DNA of 64,000 nucleotides, taken from assembly GCA_963663965.2 (NCBI GenBank), contig CAXXFK010000028.1, positions 128,001 through 192,000 on the forward strand, read 5' to 3'. Positions 63,696 to 64,000 of this stretch are shown piece after piece. The first letter of the stretch is position 1, and each line of letters opens with the position of its first letter. Source of the DNA: Sedimentisphaerales bacterium (GTDB lineage: Bacteria > Planctomycetota > Phycisphaerae > Sedimentisphaerales > SM23-30). A model generated the notes under the pieces. That model was not told where the DNA came from. It saw only the letters and a program-made list of their open reading frames with translations, and did no database searches. The position numbers and the translations under genes were made by a program.

Positions 63696-64000
63696 TTAAT
63701 TGTTTGAAAGGTTTACAATACGAGAAATTGAGCGTATCATTTTAATGTGTTCGACAGCTTCAACGATGCCGATATCAAGTTTCAGTCTCATCTCACGAGT
63801 GGTTTTCGTCAGCAGCGGCTGGTAGGTTACTCTGAAATGCGGGCACTCGGCATAGTCTCCCAGGCCTTCCTTGACCAGGCGTTTGATGATGGCCTCTCGT
63901 TCAATTTCGGACACGCATCCAATCACTGAACGAAGGCTATTCAGGAAAAATGTACCAACGATATCGCTGAGCCGGGCGCTCCACAATTGCTCCAGCCCTT
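63696..64000 (-). CDS. C-terminal part of a putative contractile sheath (TssC/tail sheath-like) protein, runs off the window
   Basis: Frame open to 64000; helix-helix-FRV..LKLDIGI..VEHIKM pattern typical of sheath C-termini. Confidence 0.4.
   Translation of the reverse strand, partial: GLEQLWSARLSDIVGTFFLNSLRSVIGCVSEIEREAIIKRLVKEGLGDYAECPHFRVTYQPLLTKTTREMRLKLDIGIVEAVEHIKMIRSISRIVNLSNN

Noticed and set aside
1..64000. CRISPR array or cas genes
   Set aside because: No regularly spaced repeat-spacer series or Cas motifs seen.

Overview
Mosaic window that looks like a Planctomycetota (Phycisphaerae/Sedimentisphaerales-type) genome, judging by the prepilin/H-X9-DG protein, three PEP-CTERM genes and dockerin-like 'DF..FA..WL' C-termini. 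(1) 1-35184 is AT-rich core/accessory DNA: a glycan-utilisation cluster (GH2, prepilin-like, GH105/88, GH43), a 2930-aa secreted dockerin protein followed by a cohesin-PEP-CTERM gene, zwf, dimeric dUTPase, asnS, rarA, an FGE-domain protein, lon and a HypD-like glycyl radical enzyme with its activase. (2) An abrupt junction near 35185 leads into a GC-rich, heavily frameshifted surface-polysaccharide locus (GT4s, methyltransferases, ppk2, a MITE) ending at tRNA-Asn. (3) An AT-rich island follows the tRNA. It holds integrase-core IS copies flanking a candidate RiPP locus: a Cys-rich 60-aa peptide plus four different radical SAM enzymes. (4) An IS256 element has one terminal inverted repeat split by a group II intron. 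(5) A minus-strand operon running off the window end resembles a very divergent contractile injection/T6SS-like system (sheath-, tube-, VgrG-, TssF- and TssK-like), followed by a papain-fold protein and an Hsp70 paralogue. All family calls come from motif reading only; no searches were run. Many frameshifts sit in homopolymers and may be sequencing errors.
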